A program made the translations under genes and the position numbers. A stretch of 64,000 bases of DNA from Phaeosaccion multiseriatum (Eukaryota; Protista; Ochrophyta, other classes): positions 4,278,001-4,342,000 of the forward strand of contig OZ218952.1 in NCBI GenBank assembly GCA_965112735.1. The letters run 5' to 3'. Of this stretch, positions 24,992-38,376 are shown in pieces. The notes under the pieces were generated by a model, which did not search any database, was not told the origin of the DNA, and was given only the letters and a program-made list of their open reading frames with translations. Within the stretch, counting starts at the first letter, position 1. The number at the start of each line of letters is the position of its first letter.

Positions 24992-25815
24992 CAGAGAAAG
25001 AGAGAGAGAGGCAGAGGCAGAGACATACATGGAGAGACTCACGAACCTGGCTACTTCTGGGTCATCTTTGATGTCCGACCTCCCGCCCTTGCTCTTGGAC
25101 CTCAGCATGTTACTGCTGCTGCCGATCCCTCCCCTCGAGCTGCTGAAGATGCCGCCGCTCCCGCCCAGCCCACCCCCCCCCCCATTTTCCTCGGAGGAGG
25201 AAAGATACCTCCGAACAGAGGTGGAGTTTAGCATAGGGTATACCAGGGGCGTAGTATGGGGAGGGCGGGGCGGTTGCCTAACCCCTCCGGCAGTTGGCGG
25301 TGCAGTATCGTCTTGTTCGGTCGTGTTCATGCGAAATCTTGCGAGTATGTCTTCGCCGACGTCGGTGCCAATGCTACCATCTCCATCCCCCCTGCTGAGT
25401 CCCCTCCGCAGTATTCGCCTCGAGCTAGTATGTTGATGCGACTGCGATGCATTTGCGCGAGTGTACACGTAGAGGGAACCAAAGGGAAAACCACGGTGTT
25501 CAAGGAGCAGCAGCAGCAGCAGCAGAGAAGGACGAAACCCCCCTCCTATCTACGAGGGACTGACCCCTGGCTTTGTTCTCTCCCTCCCTACCACTTCCTC
25601 CTGCCCGTCTTCCTTCGACACCAGCGCACCTCCATCCCTCTCCCCCTCACCTTTTGCAGCAAGGCTTGCCGAGGGTCCTTGACTGGTGTAGACGCTGGGC
25701 CAGACGCAGCGATAGCAGCATTCTCCCTCCCCCCTCCAGCGTCGGGAGAATCTACAGGTGGATGGGCTTGCTTTCCGCCCGCTCCTTCCCTCAGCAGAGG
25801 CGTCGTCTCGGACAT
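16825..25815 (-). CDS. TPC1: Two-pore cation channel (TPC family), ~20 exons
   Basis: Two 6-TM/pore units. Pore I is [29 protein letters not shown] followed by [27 protein letters not shown]. Pore II is [29 protein letters not shown] followed by [25 protein letters not shown]. Also an S4-like [11 protein letters not shown], an EF-hand-like linker and an N-terminal ETTPLL dileucine motif. Stop TAA inferred at 16825-16827; several internal exon edges are approximate. Confidence 0.85.
21312..21800. repeat. Intronic minisatellite, ~52-bp unit (AGTAAAGCAATGTTAGAGCAGATGTAGAGCAGAGGAGAGGAGGAGAGAAGAG)
   Basis: About 9-10 degenerate tandem copies, seen directly. Confidence 0.9.
22184..22381. repeat. 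Intronic (GAGGT)n pentamer; (CTCAC)n on the sense strand of TPC
   Basis: Seen directly. Confidence 0.95.
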
Positions 25816-26189
25816 AGCCAAAAGAGTTGACGTTGGTTGGAAGGGTCCCTTCTGATTCACCCCATGTGCCTCCCTCGAACGTCGGACATCTTCAGGCTCG
25901 AAGGATCAAAGTATTAGGTACTATGATGCTCCTGGTTGCTCGTAGGTCTCACTCTTGATAAGAAAGAGGGAGAACAAGGAGACCTAAAACATCATATCAA
26001 GGAGAGCAGCAAGTGGGCGCTCCGATGGCGGCGATGGCAGCTGATGGTCGGGTTTTAAACCTTCCCCACGTGCCGGCCAGAGGGAGGGAGAGGGAGGGAT
26101 CACTGTGAGGAAGGGGAGGAAAGGAAGGTGGTGGGCAGTCGAGGAGAAAGAGAGGGGGAGGGGGAGGGAGACGGAGGAGGAGAGAGAGA

Positions 26190-27633
26190 ATGAGTTCGCA
26201 CGTGGGCAAGACGCAGCACTTCGCAAGCTCGGAGCCCGTGCTCACGGCCGCGGAGCTGGAGTTTCTGGCGGAAGACGAGCTCATCTCGATCGACCCCAAG
26301 TTCCGCTCGGGAGTGCTCAACTTTTTGCAGGGAGACTTTGGGCCCTTCCGGCCCGCGCTGCCCACCAAGGTGCCTCTGTGGCTCGCGATATCGCTCAAAA
26401 CAAAGAACAGGTAACACATTGTGCTGCACGCGGAGGCCAGGATGCACGCATACCCTCGAGTGAAAGGATCGTGAAAGACAAGACCCTCCCCTTGCCTCCC
26501 CCCCTCCTCCCTCTCTCACCCTTCCTGGTCTGTGTGTCTCAGGTGTACCATCTTAGCCCCTGATTGGATGAGTGTGGAAAGCTTGGAGGGTATCTTACAG
26601 CAAGAGCGGAACAACGAGGTGTTCAACAAGGAGCTTTCCTTCCACTACTTGGAAGTGGCCTCGCTAGTGCTCACGGCAGCGGCCGATGACATCCAAGACG
26701 CCGACCAAATACGCACGCTTCTTGAGGTACGCAGCCGTCCCGTCCTTCCTTGGAAGCATAGGGGTGTGGTAGAAGCCTGAGCAACAGGGGAGAAGAGCCA
26801 GGGAGGGCTTTCTTTCCCTGCAGCTTGCTCCTGCTTTCTAAAGCCCCCCTTTCGACCCGGAGCGTCAAGGCGCTTCGGCACCTTTCACTGCCTCATTAGT
26901 AGCTCCATGTGTAGCCTCATCTGTAGCCACTACTCGGAAGGGCGTAGCCATGCTCCCGCGTGCGTCTGAGGCTATCCCAAACCCCCACTCCCCTCTCCCT
27001 CCCCCCATGTGTGTCTGTGCAGGACATCGAGAACATCCGCAAGTCCAAGATCTACAAGGGTGTGGGTGAGGCGGCGAGCAATCAGCTGCAGCTCGTCAAG
27101 GTCACTGGCATCGGAGGTGTGTGCGTACACGTAAAGTACCGTCGTGTTTGTGAGTCGTTAAGGGAGTGAGCACAGCGCATCGAGATGGGATCGCATCAGC
27201 GTGTGGTCGCCTCAGCGTGGGATCGCCTCACTCCTGATCTTGCTCCTGCTCTTTCTCCTTTTCCTTCCTATGCTCCTCCTCCTGCTGTCGCTACTAATGC
27301 TGCCGCTGCTGCTCTTGCCTGTACTGCTGCTGCTGCTGCTGCTGTTGCTGCTGCTCAGGTATCGAGCTGATGGTGGTGAGGTCTTTTTTTGCGGACGCCC
27401 TGGGGAAAATGTACGAGCTGAGCGGCAAGAAGGAAGAGGCGGAGCACCGGAGACTCTACGGCACGGGGGGGCGCGGGATGGGAGGGGGGATGGCAGGAGA
27501 CGGAGGAGGAGGAGGAGGAGGGGGGGGGGGGGGGGCAGGGTTTGGAGACGATGCAGCAGCCGCAGCAACAGCAGCATCTGTGACTCCGGGGGGTGCCACA
27601 GGGGGCGGCAGAAGACTACGGAGGTTTAGATGA
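26190..27633 (+). CDS. PSF2: DNA replication complex GINS subunit PSF2; 4 exons
   Basis: ELEFLAEDELISIDPKF...GDFGPFRPALPTKVPLWLAISLK..CTILAPDWMSVESL...HYLEVASLVL..AADDI.DADQIRTLLE-DIENIRKSKI is the Psf2/GINS2 signature. It has a Gly-rich C-terminal extension. Confidence 0.95.
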
Positions 27634-27865
27634 TGAGACTTACATCGAAAATAGAAAGAAACGTCAATAAAAAAAGTACGCCTCTTCAGTGTGTGTGTAG
27701 GCGCCTCCTTCGACCCCTGATACCATCAATAATACTAAGTAGCTGATAGCGTACCGGCTGACACCGGCAATGCACCTGAGTTTCTCTATCTATAGTGGCT
27801 GAGGGGGGGGTTTCGGGGGGAAGGGTGAAAGGGGTCGAGCCCATCGTCCCTCAGATATCCCCCTC

Positions 27866-28097
27866 GTCGGCCCCCCGCGGGGCTTCTCGGGCCCCCGATA
27901 AGCAGAAGCCTGAGGCGGCCTGCGGCCGAAAGCAAGAAGCCCGGGGCTGGCCTGCGGCCAAAGACCTGGTCTCCCATTTTTTTTCCCAGCCTGAGAAGCC
28001 CGAAGCCCAGACCTCTGGCCTGCGGCCAGAAGCCCGAAGCCTGGAGGGGGCTATGGCCTAGAAGCCCGGAGCCCGAGAAGCCCCGCGGGGGGCCGAC
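27866..28097. mobile_element. MITE-like non-autonomous DNA transposon (~232 bp) with 27-bp perfect TIRs and a target-site duplication
   Basis: 27866-27892 GTCGGCCCCCCGCGGGGCTTCTCGGGC is the exact reverse complement of 28071-28097. It is flanked by CCTC on both sides, or CCCTCG if the ends are trimmed by 1 nt. Internal GAAGCCCG and GGCCTGCGGCC repeats; no credible ORF. Confidence 0.8.
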
Positions 28098-28456
28098 CCT
28101 CGCTCCTCCTCGCTGTTCGGTTGTTAAAAATCGCGGTGCCCCGGGGGATCGAGCAAATTGATCACAGAGAGCGAAGAGGAGAGTGGAGTTTAGAGATAGA
28201 GAGCTTTTGAAGTGTGGAGGATCTCGCCGCACCTGGGCCAACTCCCTGCTGCAGCATGCTCTGCTATGTACTGGTTATTGTAGGCCCTCAGGGCAGCTTC
28301 CGCTCCTGAAGCAATCACTTGTACGGGATCGAGGAGGCAGCTCCAACCGCAGCTCCTTTCCAGACCTCTGCCAGCCCAGAAGGACGCCTGCTATCACCGC
28401 AGAACGTGGAAACGTCCGCTATCATCGCGTAGCCGCTTGTTAATAGCTGAAGCACC

Positions 28457-30252
28457 ATGAGCTTCGGATTCGGAGGTAAGGGCGGCGGTGATCGATCATG
28501 AAGGAGGAGAATTTTGATTTGCGATCCTGGAACCCTGGCAGTACTTCTCATGGCACAGCAGAGCAGACAAAGCCAAGGGGAGGGGGAAGAGCTTGCATCG
28601 AAGAGCACTAATGGACATGCTTCGGTTGGTTGCGTCCCCTTTTACCATGCCCTGTTTTCTCTCCTTTTTTTCTCTTTCGTGCACTGTTTTTCGTCCTCCA
28701 AAGGAAGCCCTTCTTTGAAGGGGGCGTGCTTCATTGCGTTTGCCCCTGTTGCACTATCCTCTTCTTCCTCATCCCATCCTTCCTTCTTCCCCTGCCATCC
28801 ACCCCAACCCTTTCTACTGGTTCTCCTTTCCGATTCCTCTTGTTCACCACTTCTCTCATCCGCAGCCTGCTTCTTCCCTCTCCACTCCTGCCCACCCTAA
28901 CCAAAAGTGACCACACTCTCTCAGCCAGGCCGACTCCCGCCTCACCGTATGTTCCTTTCCTTCCTCCATTTCGTCTTGTCTTTCCCATCCCCCCCCCCCT
29001 CCCCCAACCCAACCCTCCCCCTTTCTCCGTCCCTCTGTCTGTCTGTCTGTCGGTCTGTCTGTGCATCTCAGGCGGAACCAGCACGGGGGCTTTCGGCCAG
29101 AGTAAGCCAACCTTTGGGGGGGGATCGACCTTCGGAGGGAGTTCCACTGCGGGGGGCTTTGGCACGACGCCTGGGGGTGGGTTTGGGGCCCCACAGGCCG
29201 GAGGTGCCTTCTCGAGTGCCATGCCGTCTCAGAGTCCCTTCTCTAGCGCTGGGGGAGCACCGGGGGGAGGCGGTGGGTTTGGAGCGGCCCCAGGGGGAAG
29301 CACGTTCGGTAAACCGAGTGTAACTTTCGGCACCCCGGGAGGTGGAGGGGGTGGGGGCTTTGGGGCGCCGGCGGGGGGGCAGCAGCAGCAACAGCAGCAG
29401 CCGGGCTTCGGCGCGAGCACTCTGGGAGGAGGCGGCGCCGGGGGGGCTTTTGGTGGAGGGGGGGTGCAGACCTCAGCGTTTGGAGGTGGCGGAGGAGGGA
29501 GTGCCTTCTCCACAGGGGGGAGCACGACCTCAGGAGCCATTGTGCCATTTGGAGCGGCGTCGACGAACCAACAGGGCGGCGGGGGATTGTTCGGCTCCAG
29601 CACGAGCAAGACCACCCTTGGCGGTGGGTCGCAGTTTGGAGCACCCGCGGGCGGGGGGGGGGGTGCTTTCGGCGCGCCCACCACCGCGTTCGGCGGCGGC
29701 TCGACGAGTCTAGGGGGTGGGACGGGTGGTGCTTTCGGGGCGCCTCAGACAACGGCAGGAGGGGGAGGGTTGGGGGGTGGCTTTGGACAGGTCTTGACCA
29801 CAACGGGGACGGGCAATCCCCCGTTCCAAGAGACGCAGATGGACGGGACGGACAATAAGGGCAACCCCATGATTCTGCAGAGTATCACCGCCATGCCAGC
29901 CTACGCAGGCAAATCCTTCGAGGAGCTGAGAATGGAGGACTACCTTGCGAATAAGAAGACCAATGCCAACGCTAGTGGTGCCAGTGCCGCGGGGGGAGGA
30001 GGGTCCCTCTTTGGCGGGGGCGGGGGCGGTCTCAACGCCTTCGGAGGCGGCAGGTAAGATGGAGTACGCATACGATGCGGCGAGGAGAAGTGGAAGTGGA
30101 GAGCAAAGGGTTAGTGGAAGTGGAGAGCAAAGGGTTAGTGGAAGTGGAGAGCAAAGGGTTTGATGGAGGGGACTCGGCGGGCTTGTTTGTCGCTGTGCTT
30201 GGTTGCCTCTTTGAGACGGTGCGAGCGTGCAGCATCACCCCCAAGTCTCTCC

Positions 30253-30283
<31 letters not shown>

Positions 30284-33200
30284 CAACTACATCCCCTCCC
30301 CCCCCCCCCCCCACACACACACACATACACCTCACCTCACCTCACCCCCTCCTCCCCCTTCCGCACAGCACACTGGGGCAGCAGTCGAACACGGGCGGTG
30401 CGTTTGGAGCGAGCACGTTCGGAGCAGCAGGAGGAGCTGCCTCCGGCGGCGGCTTTGGTCTCAACCAAGCGGCCAAGCCAGCCGCTGCCACAGGGGGCTT
30501 CAGCTTCGGTGCTGGTGCGCAACCCACCACCAGCGGCTTTGGAGCAGCTCCTGCCTCGTCTGCCCCGGCTTCCAGCTTCAGCTTCGGTGGGGGGGGTGGG
30601 GGGGGCGGGTTGCAGAGCTCGACAGGGACGAGCAATTTGTTTGGGCAATCCAAGCCTGCGGGCTCCACTATGTTTGGGGCCACGGCTCCGGGTGAGTTGA
30701 GGGAGGGAGGGGAGGGAAGAGAGGGAGGGAGTGAGTGGCAAGGGAAAGAGGAAGAGGAAGGGTAGGAAAAACGGGGAAGAGAAGGAGAAAGGGGATGGCA
30801 CGCACTGATGTATCCCCCACACACACAATCGCACGCACACACACACACACACACACACATACGAATGTACAACATCACAGGGTCTACGAGTCTATTCGGC
30901 GCCTCCCCTGCTCCCACCAACACCGGTGGAGGAGGAGGAGGGGGCTTGTTCGGCACCCCGGCTTCCACCCCTGCGCCCGCATTTGGGTCGACAGCTGCCC
31001 CTGCAGGCGGGGGTGCCTTTAGCTTTGGCGGTGGTGGCGCGGCGGGACAGCAGCAGGCCGCGGGGGGGTTCGGTAGCACGACTTCGGCCTTTGGGGCTGC
31101 TCCTTCGACTGCGCCTGCAACGGGTGGCGGTGGTGGTCTGTTCGGAGCAGCGCCGACAACGGGAGGAAGCTCGAGCCTCTTTGGTTCCACACCAGGTAGG
31201 TTGTTTGGTGGTAAAGGGAAGGACGGACGGACGGAAGGAAGGAAGGAAGGATGGAACCAGGGAACAAAAGGAACGAGAAGGAGGGGAAGATTGCAAGATT
31301 GTGATGTGAAGCGCGATAAAGACTGTCGTTCTTGGGTATTCGTTGTCCTCGCCCCTGCCCCCTGCCCCCCTGGAGGAAGACTCCAGCGCCCCCCCCCTTC
31401 CCAAGCTTCTCACCACCTCTCTCCCTCTCTCCCTCTCTCCCTCTCTCCCTCTCTCCCTCTCCCTCTCTCCCCATTCCTTCGTTTGTCTGCTTGTCGTCCG
31501 TCTCAGCCCCTGCTTTTGGGTCCACCGCTCAGACCCCCGCCTTTGGGGCAGCGCCGTCAGCCTTTGGCGCGGCACCGGCACCAGCGGCAGGGGGCTTCTC
31601 GTTCGGAGGAGGAGCCGGTGCCTCCAATGCCTTTGGAAAGCCACCCGCTCCTGCCTCGTCCAGTGGCTTCAGCTTTGGAGCAGCGGTGAGAGAAGAGGGG
31701 GGTGGGTGGGGAGGTCGGAGAGAGGGAGTGAGAAGGAGAGAGGAGGGGTGTGCGAGAGAGGCACCGCGGTTACTGTGGGATGATGTATTTGTGTGGCTGT
31801 AACATACATGGAAGAGAAGGGCCTTCTCCGTGAAGCGCTTTTCCTATTGGGGGGGTCTGCACTTGATTTACATTTTTTATCGCTCCCCTCCACCCACCCA
31901 ACTGCGCGTACGAGTGCCTCTAACCCCCCTTCCCCCTTCCGTGTATATATATATACATTACATGTATTCACATGTCTATGTGTTGCTGTCCCCCCTCTGC
32001 AGCCGGCTCCCTCGACTGGACTCGGTGGAGGCAGCTTGTTTGGCGCTAGCGGAGGAGGAGGAGGAGGAGGAGGAGGAAGCTCATCTCTCTTTGGCGCTGC
32101 AGCAAAGCCGGCCCCGAGCTTCGGATCGACTTCCCTTGGAGGAGGGACGAGTGGTGGCGGCAGTCTCTTTGGCAGCACGGGGGGCACCTCTTTCGGGCTT
32201 TCGGGAGGCACTCAGCAGCAACCGCAAGGAGGAGGCGGGCTTTCCTCGTTCGGCTTCGGGGGTGGGGCAGGAGGTGGGCTGGGCGGGTCTGGTGTAAGCT
32301 CATTCGGTGGGGGGTTTGGAGGAGGAGCTCCGCAGCAGCAGGCCTTTGGACAGCAGCAGCAACAGGGATTTGGGCAGCAGCAACAACAACAACAGCAGCA
32401 GCAGCAGCAGCAGGCTGCCGCGCCGACCAACGCCTACGGGTTGCAGGATGTTCAGACCAAGCAACATCAACTCACGCTGCTGGAGAGCAAGGTCGGAGGG
32501 GGGCGATCTTCCTCCTCGGGAGGAGAAGGCGGGGGTGGGGCGGATGCATGCGGCCGAGAAGGAGGCGGGGGGGGTGCTCTCTCTCTCTACGGTGGCACAG
32601 GCTCGGCTCCCAAACTCGTCCTGCCCACCTATATTCCGCGGACGATGGCTCACGTGCGACCTCGAGGACTCCGTGGGACCACTCTGTATAGTGCCGAGGG
32701 GTTGGAGAGGGGATTGTCAGAGGGGGCGGCCGACCAACAGCTGACCAACGGGGCCGGGGGGGGCGGCTTGGGAGGGGGAAGCGGAGGGTTCCTGGGCTCT
32801 TCTTCCGCGGCGTCAATGTCCAGCGCGTTGGTTCTCTCGGGAGGGGGGGAGGGGGTTGGCACAGGGATGATGGGAGGAGGGGGAGGAGGAGGAGGAGGAG
32901 GAGGAGGAGGGGAGGTGACGTACCGGAGAACCACCAAACGGTTGAATATCAACCCAACGCCCCGGCAGCAGCGCCGCCTGACTGTGGACATTGCGCAAGC
33001 GAAGCCGAACGGCGCCGCCTCTGATGGAGCATCATCATCCTCCTCTTCTCTAGTCGCGGTGAATGGAGGAGGAGGAAACGGCGGTAGCGAAGGCCACGAT
33101 GGACGTGCGGAAGGATCGCCCGATTCAGCAGCCAATGGGGCCAATGGGGAGGGGGGCGGGGGTGGCATGGATGAGAGGAGGCGCTCGTTTTCCACGCGCT

Positions 33201-36200
33201 CCAACGGACGGGAGCGAGCCAACTCTGGCCCGGCTCCCAGCCCGCCTAGGTGAGTGAGTGAGTGGGTGGGTGGGGGGGGGTAGTTGGTTGGGTGGAACGT
33301 GGAGGCTCCCATGTCATGTGGATGTGGTACACATTCATTCGTGTTGAGTCTTTGTTGGCTTGTGCCTTGCCCTTACGTTCCTTGCTCTCCTCATTCTGTC
33401 AGCATCAGCCGCCTCTCTCTCTCACAAATCTCGCAACGAACGTCTTTTTTATCTCGCATTTTGTCTCGTCTTTTCTTGTCTTACATGTTGCTCATCTTCC
33501 GTCTCTCTTGTCCTGTCCTATTGTGTGGTGTATATATTCCAAATCCCCCTCTGCCTCTTTCCCTCCCTCCATGTCTCTGTAGCTCACTTACACCTGACAC
33601 GCTACACGCTACCCTCCCTCCCTCACCTTCCTGTCCCGCCTTGCGTCTCATCCCTCCCCCCCTCCACCCCCCCCCCCCCGTTGTTACGTAAGCAGGTTGC
33701 TAAGTCGGCGCTATGACGTCAATCCTTCCCTGTCGGCGCTGCAGAAGATGAGCGAGGACGAGCTTCGACAAGTGGAGAGCTTCACCATGACGAGAGAGGG
33801 ATACGGCAGGTATGTGTGTATGGCTGCAAACGAGCCACGAAACGGAAGCACAAACCACCACGACACACAAACACACATATACACACACGCGCATGCACAC
33901 AAAGGCACACGCACGCACGCAGCACGCACCCACGCACATACATACGGACACGCACGTACTTAATACGTACTCATACGCACAACCCCCTCCCTCGCTCCCA
34001 TCTTCCCTTCTCTCTCCCCTCCCTCCCTCCCTCCCTCCCTCCCTCCCTCGCTCGCTCCCATCTTCCCCCCTCCCTCGTCATCCGCACCAGCATTGAGTGG
34101 ATAGAGCCCGTCGACCTCCGAGGTGTGGACCTCGACGCCTCCGTGGTGATTGAGCTCAGAGATGTACGCGTATACGACGACCTTACAGATGGCGAACACC
34201 GACCGAGGAGGGGCGAGGCCCTCAACAAGCCAGCAAGGGTCACCTTTGAGGAGTGCTGGCCCAAGAAGGGGGGCCCTCACGCAAGTGAGGCGGCCTTCGA
34301 CAAATACGAGGTAAGTCAAGGGTCAGTGGGTGGATGGGTGGGTGAGGTGGGTTGGTGAGGTGGGTGGGTTGTGGGTGGGTGGATAGGAGGGTGGGTGTGG
34401 ATGAATTTAGGAGTGGGTGGGTGGGCGTGTGCGTGGGGTGGAGTGGTGAGAACCCGGGTGGGGGGGGTGGAGCTGGAGTTCGAAACCCTCTCTTTTGCTT
34501 TTTTTAAATTGCATACCACACATGCATCGGAGTGAGACTGACGAGGCAACACCCCATTCCCCCTTCCTTCCCTGTCCCTCTCCCCCTGTTCCTCCCCTCG
34601 ATTGTGTCCCCCTCCCTTGCCCTTGCCCTCCCTTCAGACAAAGCTCAAAGACAAGGCCGGGCAAATGGATGCCAAATTTGAGAGCTACGATAGAAACACG
34701 GGCACATGGTATGATGGACGACAAGGAAGAGCAACAGAGCATACTCTTCTTCGAGTATGCTTCCCCTACTTCTAGCTTTGCTGCCGAGGGAGGTTGGGAG
34801 GAGGGTGTTAATGTTGTCTTTCTTTTAATTGTTTTTTTTTTTCTCTCTCTCTGTCCTCTCTTGTGTCCAATCTCCATACACAGGGTTTTCCGCGTGGAGC
34901 ACTTCAGCCGCTACGCCCTCGACGACAGCGACGACGACGAGGATGAGGAGGGCGGAGGAGGAGGAGGAGGAGGGCAACGAGGGGGAGAGAGGGGGGACCA
35001 GCAACAGCAACAGAGGGCCCCTCCTCCTCGGCGCTCGACCCGATCTTCTACCCGCGCCGCCGCCTCCTCCTCGCGCAAGAAGGCTTCCGGCAGCAGGAGC
35101 AGCAGCAGTCGCAACCGTGCCGCAGCAGTTGACGGTACAGCAGACTCTGCGGCGCTCGCCAAGGCCAGGGCCAGCGCGGAGGCTGCGGAGAGGCTTGGCG
35201 TCGGAAAGGGCAGGACCTCCTCCTCCTCCTCCTCCTCGGGGGGGCGAATTCGGGGAGCGCCCTCTGGTACGAAGAGAGGGGAAGCAGCATGGTGTTTGGT
35301 TGGTCTTGTCGTCTCACCCCCCCCCCCCTCTCTCTCTCTCCTCTGGGTGTGTGCAGGGCGTCGCAGCCGACTGACCATGTCAGATAGTGACGAGGACGAC
35401 AACGACGACGACGAGGAGGAGGAGGAGGAGGAGCAAGGGCAGGGGGCGGAGGGTGAGGGGGGGGTGGAGGACCGAGGGCAGCAGCGGCGATGGCAGCAGA
35501 CAGGGAGCAGCGCATCCACGCAGCGGCGGAGGGGGTCGAGGGGGGGCACTTGGCAGCAGGAGGAGGAGGTGAGGAGGGTGTGGACGTCAGGGAGACCTCA
35601 TGGTGGTCGTGAGTTGGGGTGCATTGTGGAGCCAAGGACGGGCCAATGAGATTAGGAGAGATGGAGGTCTTTCATAGGAGAGGTCGATGAATGGTGTCAT
35701 AAGATAGAGGTAAAAAAGAGTCTCCAATGAATGACCTGCAGGTCTCATCCTGGCCCCTCCCCCCCCCCCCCCCGTATTTCTTTCTTTCTTTCTTTTGTGT
35801 CGGGCGTATCGTTCACCTCCTTCTTATCTTCCTCTTCATCGGCCGCCCTACCGACCGGCCGATGTGGTGTGTGTCGCCGCGGCAGGGGGGACTTGACGGG
35901 ATGGAAGAGGAGCAAGGAGAGGAGGAAGCGGAGGGTGATTCCGGGACGGGGATGGGAGAGAGGAGGGGGGAAGCTATGGATATGGACTCCACTCCAGCGG
36001 GTCAGGGGCTGGCTGCCTGGCACTCAAGCCGCAAAGGGGTAAGTTAGTTGAGTTGGTGAATGTCCTCCCTCCCCCTCTCTTCTTCTCTCTCTTAGGCTTT
36101 CTCTCTCTCTCCCTCGCGGTCGCGCGCGCGTACATCCTCCTCTTGTGTTCATTTATGCTTCGTGCTCTCGACTCCAAGGCTGAGTGTTGCTGTCATCATC

Positions 36201-38311
36201 GTGCTCGTGACTTGAATGTTGAACGCTGCTGTCCGTCGCGATGAGGCATGCGATGGTCCCCTACTCGCAGTCCAATTCCACGGTTTTGTTGCCTGTTGTT
36301 CTTTTTTTCTTCTCTCCTCTTGCTTGGCGAACAAACCAAATGGCAACTGAAGCGTCCCTTGGCTGCGCCTGTGATGGCCGCCGGGAGGAGAAGCGTGACC
36401 TTCACACCCATCCCTCCACAAGGGGGAGAGAGAATACCTTCAGGAAGAGGAGGGGAAGATCGCGGGGGATGGGATTATAGTCCGGAGGCCTCGGAGGCAT
36501 ATGCAATGGAGACGAGCCCTTCCCCTCCTCCCGCTGTGGTTTCGTCATCGCCATCGCCGCCCCCAGTCTCCAGTCAGCCTTCGCCCTACCACTCCTATTT
36601 GGTGTCGAAGGAGGCTTTGATGACGGTGGGACGGAGGCATTCCTTTCACCGCTCTCAGGAGGAGGAGGAGGAGGAGCAGGAGGAGGAGGAGAGGGAGCAA
36701 CAGGAGCATGAAGGAGACGTGCGTGATGACAGGCAACACCCGTCTTATAGTCGGGCGTCACAGAGGCGGCGTCTTTCTCTGCCACCGCCCCCGGGGGGGC
36801 TGGCCTCGCCTGTCTCGGTTATGGTGCCTCTCGGCGGCTCCGTCTCCTCGTCCAGTCAGGTGCAGGTGCCCCCCAACCTTCGCTCCTTCTACCCTGCCGC
36901 CCAGAGCAAGACCCTGCGTATGCTCAGCAAAACGAGGAATCACAAGGGTTTCCAACCAGGCATGTCTGCAACGGACCTGGGACTGCGGTTGGGGCGCAGT
37001 TTTCGAGCATCTTTTGGGCCCAGCGGCCAGCTTCTGACGCTGAAAAAGGGATGGGCAAAGCAGGGAGGGAGCGGTGGTGGTGGTGGCGGATTTGGGTGGT
37101 CGGTGGTCATCAAGAAGGTGGATGCTCTTCCAAGCCAAGCTGGAAAGCCGGTGCGGGCCCTCTTCGAGCCTCTGCTGCGTGTGCACGAAAAGACCTCAGG
37201 ATGCGTCCGAGTCATGGCATCGCCCGCTTCGAGGGAGGACGGGCAAGCAGCAGCAGCAGCAGCAGGAGGAGGAGGAGGGGAAGGTGAGGCTGCCCTCATG
37301 GCAGACACCGCCGTGGCGCCTCTGTGGCAGCTTCCTCGAGCAGAGTGGACCAAGACGGACGACTCTGCCTACGGGCTGCTCGTGCGAGGCATGCAGGCGT
37401 ACGGTCGAGCGCTGTCGTCGTCGTCGTCTTCTTCGTCGTCCTCGTCCTTCTCCTCCGTGCCGGTGGCTGTGGACTCACCGGAGTGGGTGGTGGGGCAGGC
37501 ATGGCGTTTGGCCAATGCCCTCTGGGGGCAGGAGGAGGGGAGCACCCCTTCGGAGAGCATGTGCAGAGGCAGTGCGGACCTGCCCAGACGGCCCGGCTTG
37601 GGGCAGCACGGGGGAAGCGGCTTGGGCGCCATGGAGCGCCGTCAGGCCTTCATCGCACAATGCCTCAAGCAGGCAATGAGTCCTTGCGTCAATGGCGGCG
37701 GTGGTTCTTCTGCTTCGTCTGGTGGGGACGCCACTACTGGCGACAGTGGCTATCTTGGTCATGGGGGGGCAACGACGACGGGGACAGGGACAGGGACAGG
37801 GACAGAGACAGGGGCTTCTGAGGTGATTTTGAAGCGGATTTTAGACCTCATGACCACTCAGCGGTCTGAGGAGGCGGCACTTGCGGCAGCGGCAGCGGGC
37901 CTCCTTCGCTTGGCCACTTTGCTCGCCTTGGGGGGGGGCACGACAAGGGACTCCTTCGTGCAGGACCAGCTCAGTCGACAGATTGCAGTGTGGAAGAAGA
38001 GCGCGGCGGCCAAGTTTATTTCCCCTACGCTGCTGCGCATTTACTCGCTTCTCTCCGGCCGGGTGAGTGAGTGAGTGAGTGAGTGAGTGAGGTCCCTTCC
38101 CCTGGTATCCTACTTTCCCCTCCCTCCCTCCCTCCCCTGGAGTAGCGGAAGGCGTATGTGTGTCTGTCTGGGTTGGGGTATTTTTGCCCCTTCGAATCAG
38201 CTGCTTGGTTGTTTTCCCTCCCCCCAACCCACCCACCCACCCTCCCATGCTGCCGTTCTGACCAACTCCCCCTCCACCTACTCTCTCCCTCTCTCTCTTG
38301 CACGCCCTCTA

Positions 38312-38376
<65 letters not shown>

